A DNA stretch of 64,000 bases from a virus. The stretch spans positions 160,001 through 224,000 of IMG/VR virus record IMGVR_UViG_3300037454_000906; one strand, given 5' to 3'. Below the pieces are notes generated by a model. That model did not search any database. It was not told the DNA's origin and saw only the letters and a program-made list of their open reading frames with translations. Positions 55,747 through 64,000 of this stretch are shown here, in pieces (within the stretch, counting starts at the first letter, position 1; each line of letters begins with the position of its first letter). A program made the translations under genes and the position numbers.

Positions 55747-56322
55747 CTATTCCTCCGCAGCCGTTTTGTTTGCTGGTTCCGCGTCGACAGTCGGCGACAC
55801 GGGTTCCTTGGGCGTCATGGTAATCACCATGTCACCACCGGCTTCCTCGCCAACCGACACACCTGCAACCATCGGGTTATTGCCTATCGTTGCAACCATA
55901 CCGGATGCACCTGGAATATTTGGCGTAAACACTCCGTCCTGGTTCGCCCCCGCAAACGCCTTGATATTGTCCATCAACTGCACAAATTCGGGGCTCTCGA
56001 CCCATTCCCGGTATTCCGCATTGAGTTTCTGCAGCATGGCCTTGTCGGCACCACACGCGATTGCCACCCTGGCATCACGGGCCGCCTTGTCCGCTGCAGC
56101 CGCCGCGCCTTGCCGGGCAATTATCTCCTGCACCGTGGCCGAAGTCTTTGGCGGGGGTGGCGCCACGGTCGACCTGTGGGTCGCGATGGCCGCGCGCTTC
56201 TGGGCAGCAATTATTTCCGCTACTGCGGAAGCCTTGGGCGGCGGAGCCGGCGGAAGTGGGTTAGCTTTACGGGTTGCTGCCGCGGCTTTCGCCTGCGCGG
56301 TCAGTATTTCTTGAATTGTCAT
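55747..56322 (-). CDS. Ala/Pro-rich low-complexity late protein with three EIIxxQ repeats
   Basis: TIQEILTAQ / VAEIIAAQ / VQEIIARQ separated by Pro linkers. Confidence 0.65.
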   Translation of the reverse strand: MTIQEILTAQAKAAAATRKANPLPPAPPPKASAVAEIIAAQKRAAIATHRSTVAPPPPKTSATVQEIIARQGAAAAADKAARDARVAIACGADKAMLQKLNAEYREWVESPEFVQLMDNIKAFAGANQDGVFTPNIPGASGMVATIGNNPMVAGVSVGEEAGGDMVITMTPKEPVSPTVDAEPANKTAAEE

Positions 56323-56356
56323 CTTTTAACCATCCTTTGTTGAAGAAATTAGTGCA

Positions 56357-56992
56357 TTAACGCCGCATTGTGCGCATCAGGTCCAGCGTCCCTTCGTTGC
56401 CAGCCGGCATTACGTCCGACCCCACCTCAGCGGATTCCTGCCGGGGCTCCGCCGGTTCAGCCGGGGGTGCCGACGATAACCAGCTGTCCCAGGAATCGGC
56501 GGTCGGGTGCATTTCGGGATCGGCCATCTGCGCCGCCTTCCATGGGTCGTACTCCTCGGGAATACCTTCCTGGCCACCAGCCGAGCCGATGTACCCGGAT
56601 GGCCGGGCCCACGGGTCATAAGGATCAAGTGGCTCCGGTGCCGACCTACGGACATCATCGTTCTTTGGCGGCCTGTAGGGGTTGCCGTTATCCGGTAGTT
56701 CAAGGTCCTGCATCGATACGTATCGCCATGGGACAAACGTCCGCGTGCCGTCACGCGCGACATATTCGTCGGGATTCTCCTTGCGCAGAATGCTGTCGAT
56801 ATTTCCCTCGGGAGCTTTCCCATCATATATGCGATCTTCCATGAACAGCCTCGTGAGGTCCCGTTTCTCACCGGATTGTTTGGGTGCATTGGGCGCAGCC
56901 GGAGAAGGTCGGCGCCGTTCAGCGCGGGCCTTCTTGTCGGCCTCGCAGATGCGGCGCTGCTCCTCGATTATTTCGGCGGTGGTCATGGTCAT
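56357..56992 (-). CDS. Pro-rich hypothetical late protein
   Basis: ATGA overlap with upstream gene; begins TTAEIIEEQ. Confidence 0.7.
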   Translation of the reverse strand: MTMTTAEIIEEQRRICEADKKARAERRRPSPAAPNAPKQSGEKRDLTRLFMEDRIYDGKAPEGNIDSILRKENPDEYVARDGTRTFVPWRYVSMQDLELPDNGNPYRPPKNDDVRRSAPEPLDPYDPWARPSGYIGSAGGQEGIPEEYDPWKAAQMADPEMHPTADSWDSWLSSAPPAEPAEPRQESAEVGSDVMPAGNEGTLDLMRTMRR

Positions 56993-58596
56993 GTCGCAAC
57001 CTCCATAGTCTTCAAGGCAACCATTGTATCATTCAGGTTGGTCTTCACGCCGAATATGCCTTTCCGGCCACCGTCGTACAGGACGAAATAAAATGCATAG
57101 ATCATCTGGTTATCAAATTCGAACGGTTCGGTCTCGAACGTGCGGTACTGGGACGAGGTGTGATAGGTGAAGTAAAGTTTGCTATCCATCACCCCCCAGT
57201 CAAACCATACGGTACCCGCGGGCACTACCGTACCGTCCTCCAACGTTACGTCTTCCGGGTTATAGAGATACTGGAACAGCGTATCACCCGGTACGTTTTC
57301 ATGGAACTGCAGAGTCGCCTTGAACGTGAACGGGCTCTCGATCGTCCCATCCTTGTTATTGCCAAACCAGTTCAGTATCTGCGACCACTTCGGGTCATTG
57401 TTCGCATCATATTCATAGCCGTCATCAGTATTGGTTCCGTTACCCGGAGTCAGCCCCGGGACGAACCTGCGGGTCTCGTCATTCACCGCGATGAAATCCC
57501 GGCCAAGACCGCTCATGTCAGACGCGATGGCGCTATCGTCATCGAATGTAAGGTGCAGCAGATCAAACGAAGGTACTTCCGCGGGACGCTCTATGTCGTC
57601 AACGACCACCTGCTCCCAGTCATATCGGGGCACCTTGTTGCCATCCTCGTCCACGTCATATCCTATGACGGTCGCCGGGTTAAAGCCAATCTTCTGGACA
57701 TGCCCATCCTTGTCGGTATAGGACCCGGTGATCTCGTTGTAGGTCAGCATCGCATACCGGAGGGTCTCGTCGGCCCAGTATTCCACCCCATCCACTTCGC
57801 CGCGCCGTATCAGCGTCTTGGCAAACGTCTTCAAGAGGGAGTACCCTTCCCGGATCGACGGCTCGACCGTCTCCCACAGATGCCTCTTCTGTTTGGCTAT
57901 CTCGTCCGGGTACACGAGTATCTGTTCGACATCGTTATACTGCTTGTTAACGATGAAGTTCATTTCGGCATACTTGATTTCCGCGGGGAGAGCATACGGC
58001 TTATGCATCAGCCCATGCGCCTCGAGACTGTAAGTCGTCTTGTACTGCTGAAACTTTCCACCCGAGTTGTCGGTCTCATCCTCGATCTGATCGTTGACGC
58101 CGGCAAGGAACACGGGTACCGGAAGTTCTATTTCCGGCGCAAAGTCGAACTCCTTCAGGCGCACGGTGCGGTAGTCGTTGAAATAGGGCTCGACATTCTC
58201 CTTCAACTGCGCGAAATCGGAAAAATTGTTAGAAAGGAGGGTAAGTTCGAACCGGTAGATTATCGGTTTCGGCTGAATGTCCCTTATCCAGAACTTGTTG
58301 CGCCTGGAATATATCTCACGCCCATAGGTAGGCTGGACCAGGTTGGAATCGTCCTTCGCCGTCCCGTTGAACCTAAGTCCCGCAACGGGCAACACCTGCA
58401 GCTGCTGCTTGCTCATGGTCGAGCTCATCCAGTTGGCGAAATCGTCAGAGTAATGCGTGACCAGCTTGACCCGGACCGTATCGGCATATTCCGTACGGTT
58501 GGGATCCGTGTACTTGTTGACCCGCAAGTTGTTAAACATGTCATACAGGGCAACCAGCAGCTTCTCGATTTCTCTTACATAGTAAAACGGTGTCAT
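56989..58596 (-). CDS. Tail terminator/sheath stabiliser (T4 gp15-like) with C-terminal extension
   Basis: FYYVREIEKLLVALYDMFNNLRV...LPVAGLRF...PKPIIYRFEL...QLKENVEPYF. Confidence 0.8.
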   Translation of the reverse strand: MTPFYYVREIEKLLVALYDMFNNLRVNKYTDPNRTEYADTVRVKLVTHYSDDFANWMSSTMSKQQLQVLPVAGLRFNGTAKDDSNLVQPTYGREIYSRRNKFWIRDIQPKPIIYRFELTLLSNNFSDFAQLKENVEPYFNDYRTVRLKEFDFAPEIELPVPVFLAGVNDQIEDETDNSGGKFQQYKTTYSLEAHGLMHKPYALPAEIKYAEMNFIVNKQYNDVEQILVYPDEIAKQKRHLWETVEPSIREGYSLLKTFAKTLIRRGEVDGVEYWADETLRYAMLTYNEITGSYTDKDGHVQKIGFNPATVIGYDVDEDGNKVPRYDWEQVVVDDIERPAEVPSFDLLHLTFDDDSAIASDMSGLGRDFIAVNDETRRFVPGLTPGNGTNTDDGYEYDANNDPKWSQILNWFGNNKDGTIESPFTFKATLQFHENVPGDTLFQYLYNPEDVTLEDGTVVPAGTVWFDWGVMDSKLYFTYHTSSQYRTFETEPFEFDNQMIYAFYFVLYDGGRKGIFGVKTNLNDTMVALKTMEVAT

Positions 58597-58681
58597 TAGG
58601 TCCTCTTACTGCGTCAGATTTATATTTAGCGGGCGGGTGACGATGCGCCACTGTATATAAATCTGTCACCGAGGTATCTCC

Positions 58682-59059
58682 ATGAAGAACGAATTGGATA
58701 AATATTTCAAGGAAGCTAACGAAACGATAAAGGACCGGGCCATACTGGAAGGCGTGGTGAACGGCATGAAGGCTATTGTAATCGAGGCTACCGGGGATTG
58801 CCCCTGCGGTGACCCGGACTGCAACGGATGTTGTGGATACGGCCTGGAAAGCGAGCCAGAGGCGGTCACCGAGGCAACGGCTGAACCGGTAAGCGAGAAC
58901 ACCAAGGAAAATAGTCCACTACAGGTACTGGAAGAGGCACGCGGGGATACCCCCAAGGCGTCGTTCGTCGCGATGCTCGCTGAGGCGATCGATCACATCG
59001 AACAGGCACCGCTCAGGACCCGATTGAAGCAAAAGCTAGAAAAATACGCAAAACTCTAA
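58682..59059 (+). CDS. Small putative internal head protein
   Basis: TATAAATC promoter, SD GAGG; ILEGVVNGMKAIVIEA motif; CPCGDPDCNGCCG. Confidence 0.65.
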   Translation: MKNELDKYFKEANETIKDRAILEGVVNGMKAIVIEATGDCPCGDPDCNGCCGYGLESEPEAVTEATAEPVSENTKENSPLQVLEEARGDTPKASFVAMLAEAIDHIEQAPLRTRLKQKLEKYAKL

Positions 59060-59062
59060 AGC

Positions 59063-59087
59063 AAAAAAAGGCCGCCGAATGGCGGCC
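59063..59087 (-). terminator. Intrinsic terminator (hsp20)
   Basis: GGCCGCC-GAAT-GGCGGCC with A7 on +. Confidence 0.75.
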
Positions 59088-59107
59088 CTCTCTATTTCCA
59101 AGTCATG

Positions 59108-59524
59108 CTACTCGATTTCCAGCTTACGCGGCTGGGATTCCGCCTTGACGGGAATCGTGACCGTGAGCACGCCATCGGCCAGGGCGCAGGGTACCTTGGC
59201 CGACGTATTCGCGTTGCCCGGCACACTTACTGTCCTGGACATCTTGACCGTGGTGTCATCGAACTTCCGCACCGCGGATACGGAAAGCGTACGCCCCTTC
59301 TCGCCGAACTCGACTGTAACATCCTCTTTTTGGACACCCGGGAGATCGAACATGAAAACAATGTTGCCATCCTTTTCGGTCTGGTAACCCTCGATGGTAG
59401 CCGGCGCAGCATCAGACGACGGCTTCTTAGTATCCGGCCAGACCCACGCTGTCTTGAAACCGGCATCATTCAAGATGTCACGAAGCGACTTCTCGAGACC
59501 CATACATAACATAGAATTAATCAT
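59108..59524 (-). CDS. Small heat-shock protein (Hsp20/alpha-crystallin)
   Basis: FDLPGVQKEDVTVEF...LSVSA...RTVSVP...LADGVLTVTIP; SD AAGGAG. Confidence 0.9.
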   Translation of the reverse strand: MINSMLCMGLEKSLRDILNDAGFKTAWVWPDTKKPSSDAAPATIEGYQTEKDGNIVFMFDLPGVQKEDVTVEFGEKGRTLSVSAVRKFDDTTVKMSRTVSVPGNANTSAKVPCALADGVLTVTIPVKAESQPRKLEIE

Positions 59525-59574
59525 AATATTTTTCTCCTTTACGGAAGTTGTTTGTTTTTCACACCAAAAACTAT

Positions 59575-59591
59575 TGCAAAAATCATGCCAA
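59575..59591 (-). promoter_or_regulatory. Sigma54-type (-24/-12) promoter upstream of hsp20
   Basis: TTGGCATGATTTTTGCA: GG-N10-GC spacing exact. Confidence 0.6.
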
Positions 59592-59659
59592 TGTTGAAAT
59601 ATCCACATTTCGTGCCAAAAATGGGTACCCCGATGCTTTATGTTTCTTTATGAAACATG

Positions 59660-59685
59660 AAAAGCAACCGACGATTCGGTTGCTT
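59660..59685 (-). terminator. Intrinsic terminator
   Basis: AAGCAACCG-6-CGGTTGCTT. Confidence 0.7.
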
Positions 59686-59714
59686 GATGACATGAAAGAA
59701 ATATCCAGCGAAAC

Positions 59715-60194
59715 TTATCGGAGCTTAATCTGGCCCTCGTAATCCTTCTGGGTAATCGGGGTGCTGCTTACCGCGCTTGCCGTACTGCACAAGGTCCACT
59801 TTTTGGATTTCAGCCTCTCAAGAAGTTCATCCTTGGTGAGAAGGCCTTTTTCCTCAGCTGCGGTGCGGTCCGGTTCGGCACCCTTGCCATTGGGGTTCTT
59901 CGTGATGTCATATTCCATTCGGCGAAAGTTCAAGTTACCGCGACCGGGCGTATTGTTAATCATATCGTCTTCCTGGAACTTATCCTGCACCTGAGCCAGG
60001 CGGTCCTCGGTATGCCACCAGTTCTGCTCATACGCACGTTCGAGGAACTTGTCGGCCTTACCGCTACTCAGGTCGCCCACGCCGCGGGCGAGTTGCTGAA
60101 CCTGCAAGAAGAGATCATGCCGGTAATCCGGGTGAGTATCAAAGTTATTCCCCACCATACCGATCGCATCACCATTGTTGGCTTTAATTCCCAT
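59715..60194 (-). CDS. Hypothetical late protein
   Basis: TATAAACT at 60232-60225 overlapping the sigma stop codon. Confidence 0.65.
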   Translation of the reverse strand: MGIKANNGDAIGMVGNNFDTHPDYRHDLFLQVQQLARGVGDLSSGKADKFLERAYEQNWWHTEDRLAQVQDKFQEDDMINNTPGRGNLNFRRMEYDITKNPNGKGAEPDRTAAEEKGLLTKDELLERLKSKKWTLCSTASAVSSTPITQKDYEGQIKLR

Positions 60195-60227
60195 TGTACA
60201 CCCTACAAAATTTCTTACAGATGAAGT

Positions 60228-61010
60228 TTATAGTTCGTTAGCCATTTCATCAGGTAGGATGCTGTCATCGTTGACCACCTCATCAAGTCGGTCCGCTTTT
60301 TTGGCGGCGGTATCGACCGATTCCCCGGTCAGACCGATTTCGGCTGTCATCCCCCAATGTCTGCGGCGTTTCTCGTTCTTCACCGTACCGGCATACTGAT
60401 CGAGCGCGATGCACGAATGTAGGATACCCTCGTCAAGAGGAACCATCTGCATGTGGGAACTGCGCTTGTCAAGATCGTCCCATTTTTGGAAACACGCGCT
60501 CCTGATGGTCTTCTTGATATAATTGTATGGATCCCCGCTCTTGGACTTGGCGCACTTTTCCGGGTTATAGTTGTGCACATACCGAACGCAGTGTTCCAGT
60601 GCGAGGCCACGGTATTCTTCCTTCCATTCGGCGGTGTAGCCGGAGAATCGGGGACCCCCAAGAACCTTGTCGACTATGATGCTGATTATCTTCCCCAGCC
60701 TGCCATCCATCTCCGGACGAGGAATTGCCTTGACAGCTTCCTTGACCTTCGCATTTATGACACTCTTCGGAGCAGTCCCCGCCATTTCCGCCTTAATGCG
60801 CTCACCTACGGCCTTGCATTCCTCCTTGTAAGGGAGCATGCGTGCCCGGTGTTCAATCAGCAACCTACCAAGATATTGCTTGTCGATGGTACCATACAGC
60901 ATCGACATGATAGTCTGGTTGCCGTTCGCGTCAAACTCGGGCGCCATCTTTGTTTGCATGCCCGCCTTGACCTTAGACGAATAACGAGGTGTCTTTAAAT
61001 CATGACCCAT
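60228..61010 (-). CDS. Late-transcription sigma factor (T4 gp55-like)
   Basis: RFSGYT.EWKEE...ALEHCVRYVHNYNPEK...DPYNYIKKTIRSAC matches the gp55 region 2 pattern. Confidence 0.85.
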   Translation of the reverse strand: MGHDLKTPRYSSKVKAGMQTKMAPEFDANGNQTIMSMLYGTIDKQYLGRLLIEHRARMLPYKEECKAVGERIKAEMAGTAPKSVINAKVKEAVKAIPRPEMDGRLGKIISIIVDKVLGGPRFSGYTAEWKEEYRGLALEHCVRYVHNYNPEKCAKSKSGDPYNYIKKTIRSACFQKWDDLDKRSSHMQMVPLDEGILHSCIALDQYAGTVKNEKRRRHWGMTAEIGLTGESVDTAAKKADRLDEVVNDDSILPDEMANEL

Positions 61011-61052
61011 TTACAAAATTCCAAATGTAATTCTGTTCACAAAACTATTCCA

Positions 61053-63512
61053 TTATCCGGCAACCGAGTTCCATATCGAACAGAGACGCTGTTTTCCAAT
61101 AGCCTCGTCATAGAACCTAAAGCCCCACGTGTTCGGTGCTATCGTGACCTGGGACATTACCGGCCCTTCCAGTTCAGGATCATGCATGTCATCACAGGTC
61201 TTCCTCAATACCGAATTCTCGTCATATACCCGCACCGCACAAGCGGTGGTGGTACATCCGATTGACCAGTAAGAATACAGGGTTTTCGCAGTAAGTTCGT
61301 GCGTATACTCGACAACTTCATCAAGCACGGGGGGTCCATCCCGACCGGTTATCGGCATACCATCCGCACCCACGACCGGACGCATGGAAGTCACCTTGAA
61401 ATTCCACGTATCGTCAAACAATCCGAATCCAGTAGCGAGGTGGCCGCCATGCTGAACAAACCACGCATCGCGCGTGCGCGTCACACCGTCATCAAGGATA
61501 ACTTCGGAGTTCTCGTCAACGTCAGTCTCATGCGCGATTCCTTCAGTACACAGGTGGTACACAAGGTAATCCATCCCCGTGTCATAACGACCGCTTCCGA
61601 CATAGGCGAACAGGTGCCATTTTCCGTCATCCTCGTCACGCTGCCAGAACACGATGCTGAACCCATTCCGATCACGCGACGAAAACTCGCTGGGAACATC
61701 GAAAGTATATACACGGTCGCAATCGCACATCGGAACCCCGGTCGGCGCGGGGACCGTGCCCGGCAAGCAGTTATAGTCCCGCTCGGAAACGTTGACCCCG
61801 TGGGTAACATCAAAACGATCGATTTCCTCGGTGCAAGTATCCTTTACCGGATCACCCGCCGTTCGGTGCACGTTGTTTACCAGTTCCTTGTCCGCGCCGG
61901 CAATTATGCGGTAATCGGTGACATCGACCCGGTTCGTCGGGAACAGTGAACCCCTGCGGGCACATGAAATCTTGATTGTTCGGGTCGCCTTCGCCAGGTA
62001 ACACGAACCATTAAGGTAATAGTACCATATATGGAAGATCGACTTCCCTGAATGTTCGCATGTGCAGAAATCAATGTCGTTCTGCATGATGAGGAAATCA
62101 TCCCCGGATATGGTGTTGCCCGAGTGTGGCGGCACGTCATCAGTGCGCTGCACCCAGTCACCGCAGGTCACTTCCCATATGCCATTGGTTCCCGGAGTGG
62201 ACTGGTTGGTGAGAAGAACCGTGTCGCCCGGCTTCACGTCATGCCCACAGATTCTTCCGGTGCCGTGCAGAGTCGGGATGGACTCATCGCCGTATCTGGA
62301 AAACATCGGGACATCACCATCGCATACCACGGTCACCGAATCGACTATCCTGGCACCGAGGTCGGCTATCACGTTCCCATCAACGGGAAGCGGCTCTTGT
62401 CCGGCATCCCAACATGGGTTGTCATTTTCTGGAGCATTGCCGGACCGGCTATCCAGGAATGACTTCAATCCCTCCCAGTCACCCGCACGCACAATCCATA
62501 GCCCGTCACCCCCATCATGCTGAGCATCCAGCCACACGAGGTCGCCTTCGCGCAATGCGATTCCATCAAGGACATACTCGCCATTCTTCTTGGGTACGAG
62601 GCCGGAATGTTTCATGCGCACCCGGTAGTATCCCATCTTGCTGCAGTCTGCTCCCTCGGGAATACGGAAATAGACCGATTTGCCCAGGCTTCCGGTGACC
62701 CCCTCTTGGGCACCCTTCGCGCTGGATGAATAATCGTCGTTGACAAGGCTGAGCTCGGTGGAATAGAAGCAGGATGGGTCCACCGTGACGACAGCGCCGG
62801 CAGGAGTCTTCTCCATGGCAGTCTTGGATGCCAGGTCGTACCGATACCTGATTAAAGCGATGTTGCTATCCCACAACGTCTCCATGTCGCCGGAGCCGGC
62901 GATTGCCGTATATGCATCGGCATCCCCGTAACCGAGGACCAGTCCGTACACCCCGCACACTTCCGAACAATCGGAATCCTTAAGTACGAACGGATCGCCG
63001 AAGACGAAAGATATGGTGTCGTACCCATCAGGTTCGCCATATTTTCTCAAAAGGTTCGTGTCGGGCACCTTCACAGTATCGCCGTCCGGACGCACAATGA
63101 ACACATCCATGTCATCGTTGAACCCGTGGCCATGGATGGTCACGTATTCACTCGTCCCGACCTTGCTGGCCAGGCCGTCGACATACTTAATCGTGGGCTT
63201 ATCAAAGTGCTCGCCCCTGGCGAATACGGAGAAGCTGCCTTTCCAGTTGCCCCGGGTACCATCGGATTGTTCGAACTCGACATATAGCGGCACCTCGTAC
63301 CTGTATGTACCAGATTCTAACCGCTCCCCCTTCCACACGACCTGCCAGATGTCCTCATACCGCTCGACAGAGAACAGGGCGAGCAACGAGGGCTCGTCCG
63401 AATCTATCGCCGCGGCAGTAATACGTTCTGCATCCGTACTCGGCAGGATAACTATTTCGCCAATGGCAAAATCCGGTTTTGCCGGGAATACGCGTGGAGT
63501 AAGGCCGAACAT
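61053..63512 (-). CDS. Cys-rich tail/baseplate structural protein (819 aa)
   Basis: Two copies of GD.V.L..Q...NG.W.V..GDW tail module; Ig-like YVTIHGHGF segment. Confidence 0.65.
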   Translation of the reverse strand: MFGLTPRVFPAKPDFAIGEIVILPSTDAERITAAAIDSDEPSLLALFSVERYEDIWQVVWKGERLESGTYRYEVPLYVEFEQSDGTRGNWKGSFSVFARGEHFDKPTIKYVDGLASKVGTSEYVTIHGHGFNDDMDVFIVRPDGDTVKVPDTNLLRKYGEPDGYDTISFVFGDPFVLKDSDCSEVCGVYGLVLGYGDADAYTAIAGSGDMETLWDSNIALIRYRYDLASKTAMEKTPAGAVVTVDPSCFYSTELSLVNDDYSSSAKGAQEGVTGSLGKSVYFRIPEGADCSKMGYYRVRMKHSGLVPKKNGEYVLDGIALREGDLVWLDAQHDGGDGLWIVRAGDWEGLKSFLDSRSGNAPENDNPCWDAGQEPLPVDGNVIADLGARIVDSVTVVCDGDVPMFSRYGDESIPTLHGTGRICGHDVKPGDTVLLTNQSTPGTNGIWEVTCGDWVQRTDDVPPHSGNTISGDDFLIMQNDIDFCTCEHSGKSIFHIWYYYLNGSCYLAKATRTIKISCARRGSLFPTNRVDVTDYRIIAGADKELVNNVHRTAGDPVKDTCTEEIDRFDVTHGVNVSERDYNCLPGTVPAPTGVPMCDCDRVYTFDVPSEFSSRDRNGFSIVFWQRDEDDGKWHLFAYVGSGRYDTGMDYLVYHLCTEGIAHETDVDENSEVILDDGVTRTRDAWFVQHGGHLATGFGLFDDTWNFKVTSMRPVVGADGMPITGRDGPPVLDEVVEYTHELTAKTLYSYWSIGCTTTACAVRVYDENSVLRKTCDDMHDPELEGPVMSQVTIAPNTWGFRFYDEAIGKQRLCSIWNSVAG

Positions 63513-63518
63513 CAGTGA

Positions 63519-63995
63519 CTACCTCAACTTGGCAATCTCTTTCGTGTAATGTTTCAATTTCGGGAGCCAAGACTTCGGTCCCTCACGAACCAACTCAATG
63601 TATTTCGCGCGATGGGGCGGAATCCATTCTTCCGGAAATTCAAGCAACTTGATGACCCTGAGCAGTTCATGGTATGTCGCATCGACACTGTTGTTCACGG
63701 TGACACCGTTGGCCTTGACTTCCGCCAGTTCAGGATCAATTCCATTGAGCTGGTTGATCATGGTGTCATAGCGTGCAACGGCGGCCTCCGCCTCCGACTC
63801 GGACATCACGTCCCGGATGCTATTCGGGTCATTGTGGCCCGGATTATTCCACCCATTCTGGGGGAAGTTGCCCTGCGCATAACCCGGTCCCCCAAACGTT
63901 GCGCCCATATTCTGATACGGGTACGGATTCGGTGCATAGTTTCCGCCGGGTATAGCCATGACCGGCTGCTGGAACCCATTGACTCCCTGTGGCAT
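63519..63995 (-). CDS. Hypothetical protein with Gly/Pro/Asn-rich N-terminus (start may lie beyond window)
   Basis: ORF abuts the next gene; N-terminus at the window edge. Confidence 0.55.
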   Translation of the reverse strand: MPQGVNGFQQPVMAIPGGNYAPNPYPYQNMGATFGGPGYAQGNFPQNGWNNPGHNDPNSIRDVMSESEAEAAVARYDTMINQLNGIDPELAEVKANGVTVNNSVDATYHELLRVIKLLEFPEEWIPPHRAKYIELVREGPKSWLPKLKHYTKEIAKLR

Positions 63996-64000
63996 AGAAC

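Noticed and set aside
56884-58599. 571-aa + strand ORF
   Set aside because: Mirror of the gp15-like gene on the - strand; composition typical of an antisense frame
1-64000. CRISPR array, tRNA/rRNA genes, reverse transcriptase/DGR, introns or inteins
   Set aside because: No regularly spaced repeats, no T-loop/cloverleaf signatures, no RT motifs, and no interrupted core genes seen by eye; tRNAscan/Infernal were not run
1-64000. Stop-codon reassignment as in some large gut phages
   Set aside because: Genes up to 1706 aa are open in the standard code, and TAA, TAG and TGA all terminate genes at tight junctions

Overview
This window is part of a large, T4-like (myovirus, probably jumbo) phage genome read in the standard genetic code. 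Positions 1-22.3 kb hold densely packed, mostly minus-strand early/accessory genes behind sigma70-like promoters (TTGNCA-17/18-TA[C/T/G]ATT). Recognisable products there include an HNH nuclease, a DNA methyltransferase, two P-loop kinases, an AAA+ ATPase, an OFA-type MFS transporter, a metallophosphoesterase, a Nudix hydrolase and a Thg1-like 3'-5' nucleotidyltransferase. Positions 22.3-27.0 kb contain two IS200/IS605-family elements with shared ends: one tnpB-only, one with divergent tnpA/tnpB. Positions 27-64 kb are the late region: tail-fibre and baseplate genes, a glycosyltransferase/radical-SAM pair, gp13/gp14/gp15-like neck and tail-terminator genes, putative internal head proteins, Hsp20 and a gp55-like late sigma factor. 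Late genes sit behind a TATAAAC(T)-type late promoter. The most unusual observation is that both IS elements carry, on the tnpB strand and directly after a promoter, an approximately 100-nt RNA. The two RNAs are unrelated in sequence, but in each the first and last hairpin loops are complementary (kissing-loop or switch architecture). In element 1 the last hairpin masks the tnpB Shine-Dalgarno. In element 2 the RNA precedes an unannotated 50-aa hydrophobic ORF. Family assignments come from motif recognition by eye, not database searches, and the host cannot be determined from the sequence.
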